NCBI GenBank assembly: GCA_965204535.1
Contig: CBDBEV010000001.1
Span: 1,728,001-1,792,000, forward strand
DNA: 64,000 nt
Source: a bacterium
Lineage (GTDB): Bacteria; UBA8248
Direction: 5' to 3'
The position numbers were made by a program, and so were the translations under genes. Below are positions 59,781 through 64,000 of the stretch, piece after piece; the first letter of the stretch is position 1; the number at the start of each line of letters is the position of its first letter. The notes under the pieces were generated by a model that was not told the origin of the DNA, ran no database searches, and was given only the letters and a program-made list of their open reading frames with translations.

Positions 59781-61049
59781 CTACAGAACCGCGTTGATCT
59801 GCTTGCAGGCGTCCCCCATGGCCTGCTTCGCGCTCTTCTTCTTCTGCAGGTAGTTGATGACCTCCTTCGAGGTGACGTCGCTTATCTCGGACGCGCGCGG
59901 ATGCTGCGCCGCGCCGCTGCCCCGGCTGATGGCGGTCAACCACGCCTTCGCCACCGGGAATTTCTTGAGATATTCCGCGTTGTTGTAGACCGAACTGCGC
60001 ACGGGGCCGTTCGCCCAGTTGAGGGCGCCCCGGAGCTGGTTCTTCTTGTTACTGAGCGCCATCATGAGCTCCCACGCCGCCGCCTTGTTCTTGCTCTTCT
60101 TGTCCATGACGAGGTGCCAGCCGCCGTTCAGCGTGGCGCCGCGGTTCTTGCCGTCCAGCGTGGGGACGAGGAACCAGCCCAGCTTGTCGGCCGTCTTGGA
60201 CTTCTTGGGGTTGGTCATCAGGCCCCAGTAGGGGGAGAAGTACACCCCCATCGCGGCGCGGCCCTGCATCATGGCGTTGCGGTATTCGTCGCGGCCCCAG
60301 GCCAGCATGTCGGGCGGCGACCAGCCGCTGCGGAAGGGCTTGCCGAACACCTCGAGCAGCTTGATCGAATCGGCGCGATCCAGCAGGCAGGTCTTGTTGT
60401 CGGCGGAGAGCACGCCGTGGCCCGAACTGTGGAGATAGCGCAGGAAGTCCTGCTCCACGTGGACGCCCGGTTTTCCGCGCTGCACGACGCCGTAAACCTT
60501 GCCGGGCTGGTTCAGCTTCTCGGCCGCGGCGAGGAACTCGTCCCAGGTCTTGGGAATCGCGACCTTGGCCGCTGCGAAGAGGTCCTTGCGGTAGTAGACG
60601 ATGCCCGTCCCCGTCCGGTAGGGAACGCCGTAGGCGGGCCCTTTCGGCTTGGGGAAGCGGGTCGTGCCCGAGAGGGCGGGGATGAGGTCCCCGTAGTCGT
60701 AACCCTTCGGCGCGCTCTTGATGTAGTTGTCCAGGGGTTCTAAGAAACCGATGGTCTCGGGGTTGACCCACGCGTCCACCCAGGACACCACGTCGAACTG
60801 CCCGCCCCCGGCCGCGAAGGAGAGCACCGCCTTGTCCTTGATCTTCCCGTAGGGGGTGGTCACCACGGTGACCTTGATGCCCTTTTCCTTCTCCAGGTCT
60901 GCCACCACGCCCTTGGGACCTCCCGCCGCCTTGAACAGGGTCGGGTGGATGAGGAGGGTGACATTCTTGGCCGCCGCTGCGGGCAGCGCGAGCCCCGCCA
61001 CAAAGGCGGCCACGGCGATAATGCACAGCCAGTGTCTGGAACGTTTCAT
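59781..61049 (-). CDS. carbohydrate ABC substrate-binding protein
   Basis: Signal peptide; YYRKDLF, PKTWDE, GRAAM, GGW. Confidence 0.9.
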   Translation of the reverse strand: MKRSRHWLCIIAVAAFVAGLALPAAAAKNVTLLIHPTLFKAAGGPKGVVADLEKEKGIKVTVVTTPYGKIKDKAVLSFAAGGGQFDVVSWVDAWVNPETIGFLEPLDNYIKSAPKGYDYGDLIPALSGTTRFPKPKGPAYGVPYRTGTGIVYYRKDLFAAAKVAIPKTWDEFLAAAEKLNQPGKVYGVVQRGKPGVHVEQDFLRYLHSSGHGVLSADNKTCLLDRADSIKLLEVFGKPFRSGWSPPDMLAWGRDEYRNAMMQGRAAMGVYFSPYWGLMTNPKKSKTADKLGWFLVPTLDGKNRGATLNGGWHLVMDKKSKNKAAAWELMMALSNKKNQLRGALNWANGPVRSSVYNNAEYLKKFPVAKAWLTAISRGSGAAQHPRASEISDVTSKEVINYLQKKKSAKQAMGDACKQINAVL

Positions 61050-61101
61050 CGTTTCTCCTCCTTTTTCTGAGTGATCGGAAGATGCGAATTCCAAGAAGCG
61101 G

Positions 61102-62487
61102 TCATACCACCGCTCCGTCCTGTCTGAGTTTTTCCCTGAGCGGCTCGACCGGCAGTTCGCGCGGGGTCGTCCGGCGCTCCACGCACATGGCCGCCGCCGT
61201 GCCCGCCGCCTGGCCGATGGTCATGATGTGGGCCTGGTTGCGCACGGAACCGTTCGCGAAGCGGTCGCTCGAGACGGGCCGTCCCGCCACGAGGCAGTTC
61301 TCTATCTTCTGCGGGAGCATGACGCCGTAGGGGATGCCGTAAGCCTCCCCGTCCCTGACGTGTTTGTGCTCGATCACGCCGGTGGGCTGGTGAACGTCGA
61401 GGCAGTATGCCCCCTGGCCGATGTCGCGCGGCCCCTTGCGCGCATCGATGCAGTCTTCGTCGGTGAGGGTCTCCTCCCCGATGATGCGGCGCGTCTCGCG
61501 CACCCCGATGGCCGAGGCCGAATCGATCACGTAGCACTCCTCGAAGCCGGGGGCGTATTTGCGGTAGAAATCGCGCACCTTGAATATCTGCTCGCGGCCC
61601 TCGATGGCGACCTGATTCAGATCGTCGTTGTCGACGCCGCTGTAGCCGAGCATGCTCGTGGAGTTGATGGTGACCACCCCGGGCGTGGTGGTGATGGAGA
61701 ACACCACGCGCTGGCGGTTCGGGTGGAACTCGCCGCGCGACTGGGCGAGCTTGACCGACTCGTAATAGCCGGTGACGAGGGGGTAGTCCTTGTGGGTGCG
61801 GAGGCCTGCGGCTATCTCCTCGCGGGACTTGCCGATGTAGGGGTCCTCGCCGAGCATGAAGTTGTAGGGGTTTTCCTTCACGTGCTGGAGGTGGCGGTCG
61901 AGGTCCACGTTCCCCATCCGGGAGAAGAGGCTGATGGACATCATCTTCCCCTCCTCGTCACCCAGGTGGAAGGGCGCGCCCGCCTGCGCTGCGATGTCCG
62001 CGTCCCCGCTCGCGTCGATGACGACCTGCGCGCGTATCTCGCTCTCCCCGCTCTTGTTCACGATCCGCGCGCCGGCCACCCGGTCGCCGTCCATAATTGG
62101 CCCGATGGTATAGGTGTTCAGCACGAGGTCCACGCCGGCGTCGAGGCAGAGCTTCTGGTTCACGAGCTTGAGCACTTCGCCGTCCTGTGGCGTCACGGTG
62201 TAGGAGTTGCCGTAGGCGTTGTGGAGATGGCCCTCGGGAAAGGCGCCGCCCAGCTTGATGAGTTCGTCCACGATCTCCTGGGGGATGCCGTTGCAGATCT
62301 GCTCTCCCTTCATGTTGTGGAAGGTGAGGAAGTTGCCGAGAAGGCCCGCGGTGGCGTTGCCCCCCAGGAAGGCGTAGCGATCCGTGAGGACCGTCCGCGC
62401 GCCGCCCCGCGCCGCGGCGATGGCGGCGCACACACCGGCCATGCCGGCTCCGACTACGAGAACGTCGACGTTGCTCCTGTCCGCCAT
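61102..62487 (-). CDS. FAD-dependent oxidoreductase
   Basis: VVGAGMAG, LGGNAT, IDASGDAD, GVRETRRI, GQAAG. Confidence 0.88.
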   Translation of the reverse strand: MADRSNVDVLVVGAGMAGVCAAIAAARGGARTVLTDRYAFLGGNATAGLLGNFLTFHNMKGEQICNGIPQEIVDELIKLGGAFPEGHLHNAYGNSYTVTPQDGEVLKLVNQKLCLDAGVDLVLNTYTIGPIMDGDRVAGARIVNKSGESEIRAQVVIDASGDADIAAQAGAPFHLGDEEGKMMSISLFSRMGNVDLDRHLQHVKENPYNFMLGEDPYIGKSREEIAAGLRTHKDYPLVTGYYESVKLAQSRGEFHPNRQRVVFSITTTPGVVTINSTSMLGYSGVDNDDLNQVAIEGREQIFKVRDFYRKYAPGFEECYVIDSASAIGVRETRRIIGEETLTDEDCIDARKGPRDIGQGAYCLDVHQPTGVIEHKHVRDGEAYGIPYGVMLPQKIENCLVAGRPVSSDRFANGSVRNQAHIMTIGQAAGTAAAMCVERRTTPRELPVEPLREKLRQDGAVV

Positions 62488-62644
62488 GGGCGTCTCCTTT
62501 TCTAAAATGATATGCTTCGGTTGACGACCTTTTGGCCGGTCAGTTCATGAATCTTTCTCCATAACCACTCTCTGGTGCCTGGGTTTTTTTCACTCCTCCT
62601 TGAGGGGCTGTTGAATAAGCCGGAGAAAGGAAATTCGTTTATGT

Positions 62645-62713
62645 GTAGGGGTCGCATATATGCGACCCTGTTTTTTTCACCCACTACAAGGGCCGCATGT
62701 ATGCGGCCCCTAC
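62645..62713. repeat. REPIN-like GTAG doublet
   Basis: Same family as 56992-57062. Confidence 0.85.
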
Positions 62714-62727
62714 AAAACCGCCCCTCC

Positions 62728-63762
62728 CTAATCCCGAACCGCCTTCGTGACCGCACGGGTTTCGCCGTAGGTCGGGAAGAACAGCGTGTGGCTCCCCGGC
62801 CCCCCGGCCACACTGATGAGAATACTCTCCGGCCCGTCCGCCACCGGAACGGCATCGGGTTCGGCCCCGCCAAAAAGTCCCGGCCGCCTGCCCCGCACGC
62901 GCTCGGCGATCTCGGGCGAAAAACTCTTAAGCGGCACGCGCGCCCCCTCGAAGAGCGCGCGCTGGACGTCCTCACGGCTCATGCCGCCCGCCTCAAGTAA
63001 CCCCAGGTGCTGGGGGCTGATGACGACCAATACCTCGCCGCCCCCCTGCGCGTTGTTGGAACCCGGATAGGCCATCGTAGCGGTTATCATGCGAAGCACG
63101 CTCTCAGCACTCCCGCTCGCATAATCGTTCACGTTCACCGGGGCGTCCGCAGCCACGACCGTCACCGCGCTCTGCTCCGCGCGAAACCCCCGCGTCGCGT
63201 GGAGCGGCTCCCATCCGCAGGCCGCCTCGGCGAAACACGCGGAGAACTTGCCCCCGTGGCCGAAGGTGGCCATGTCCGTCTCGCCGGGCACCGCCATCCC
63301 CAGCCGCACGGCGGCCAGGCGGACGGCGCGGCCGATGGCGGCGTTCGCCCGGAAGCCCGGTCCCAAGCACCCGCTGCCCGAATGCACGCCCAACCGCTCG
63401 GCGGCGGGACCGTGGACGATGACCAGGGGCGAGGCGAGCTCGGTGGTCGCCTGGATAGCCAGGAAATTGAACTCGGGCTCCATGACGGCTTCGAGCGCCG
63501 CCAGAACCACCGGAAAATACGAAGGCTTGCATCCCGCCAAGACCGCGCAAACGGCCGCATCCTCGACCGTCACGTCCACCATCCCGGGCGCCATCATCCC
63601 CAGAACGTGGCCGGAACCCTCCTGCACGGAGGCGAGCATGGCGTCCACCGCTCTCCGAGTCGGCGGGATGAGGGGAAGGCCGTCGCCCGGCCCGTTCTCC
63701 ATCGCGGCTTCGAGCGCAGCCTCCGCACTCGGCGAGAGTTCGCTCAGGAGCGCCCCGGGCAT
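62728..63762 (-). CDS. conserved hypothetical protein (DGLPxxPPT family)
   Basis: GDGLPLIPPT, AVLAGCKP, GPGFRANAAIGRA, VAGGPG. Confidence 0.8.
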   Translation of the reverse strand: MPGALLSELSPSAEAALEAAMENGPGDGLPLIPPTRRAVDAMLASVQEGSGHVLGMMAPGMVDVTVEDAAVCAVLAGCKPSYFPVVLAALEAVMEPEFNFLAIQATTELASPLVIVHGPAAERLGVHSGSGCLGPGFRANAAIGRAVRLAAVRLGMAVPGETDMATFGHGGKFSACFAEAACGWEPLHATRGFRAEQSAVTVVAADAPVNVNDYASGSAESVLRMITATMAYPGSNNAQGGGEVLVVISPQHLGLLEAGGMSREDVQRALFEGARVPLKSFSPEIAERVRGRRPGLFGGAEPDAVPVADGPESILISVAGGPGSHTLFFPTYGETRAVTKAVRD

Positions 63763-63765
63763 GGC

Positions 63766-64000
63766 CTAGTCGATCTTCCGCGTTATGGATCGGTGGTTCA
63801 GCGCGCCGGGCGCCATGAGCGAGTTCGGCCCCGCGCCACCGTGCACCAGGATGGTGATGTCCTCCCTCTCCTCGACGATGGGCAGGGTCGCGTTCTCCAT
63901 CGTGTTCACCCCGTAGAACATCTGCTTCCAGTCGCTCCAGCGCTCCCGCGATTCGGGGGGATAGGTATTGACCGGAATCCGGTGGACCTCGCAGAGGTAA
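63766..64000 (-). CDS. C-terminal part of a probable paralog of 62728-63762 (starts beyond the window)
   Basis: Manual translation ...LPIVEEREDITILVHGGAGPNSL...SITRKID* parallels VPVADGPESILISVAGGPGSH...AVTKAVRD. Confidence 0.7.
   Translation of the reverse strand, partial: YLCEVHRIPVNTYPPESRERWSDWKQMFYGVNTMENATLPIVEEREDITILVHGGAGPNSLMAPGALNHRSITRKID

Overview
GC-rich bacterial window; the abundance of tripartite tricarboxylate (TTT) and ABC transporters and the two Sec-type genes suggest an uncultured environmental or host-associated lineage, but taxonomy cannot be assigned from this sequence. Bases 1-7.8 kb are accessory DNA: a SNF2-helicase/DUF3883 > Schlafen-AlbA_2 > ParA operon running off the left edge, an AT-richer phage-like patch (GIY-YIG, DUF2513) carrying a tRNA-like RNA with a Leu-type body and GCG (Arg) anticodon beside a run of hairpins, and a decayed group II intron. 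Then follow an autotransporter whose passenger is tandem Cache-like domains, a CPA2 antiporter, a peptide ABC cluster without ATPase, housekeeping genes (nrnA, pncB, orphan nuoI, trxB, nfo-like, engB, a PPi-type Pfk), two TTT operons, an uncharacterised catabolic cluster, an MNT-HEPN pair with an internally deleted methyltransferase remnant, and a sugar ABC operon. Two genes split in the ORF track are in-frame UGA read-through candidates at redox motifs: a UxxC glutaredoxin (25433-25675) and a CxxU AhpD-like protein (39575-40228). Intergenic DNA is densely filled with several families of nested palindromic repeats. All family calls come from motif recognition by eye, not database searches.
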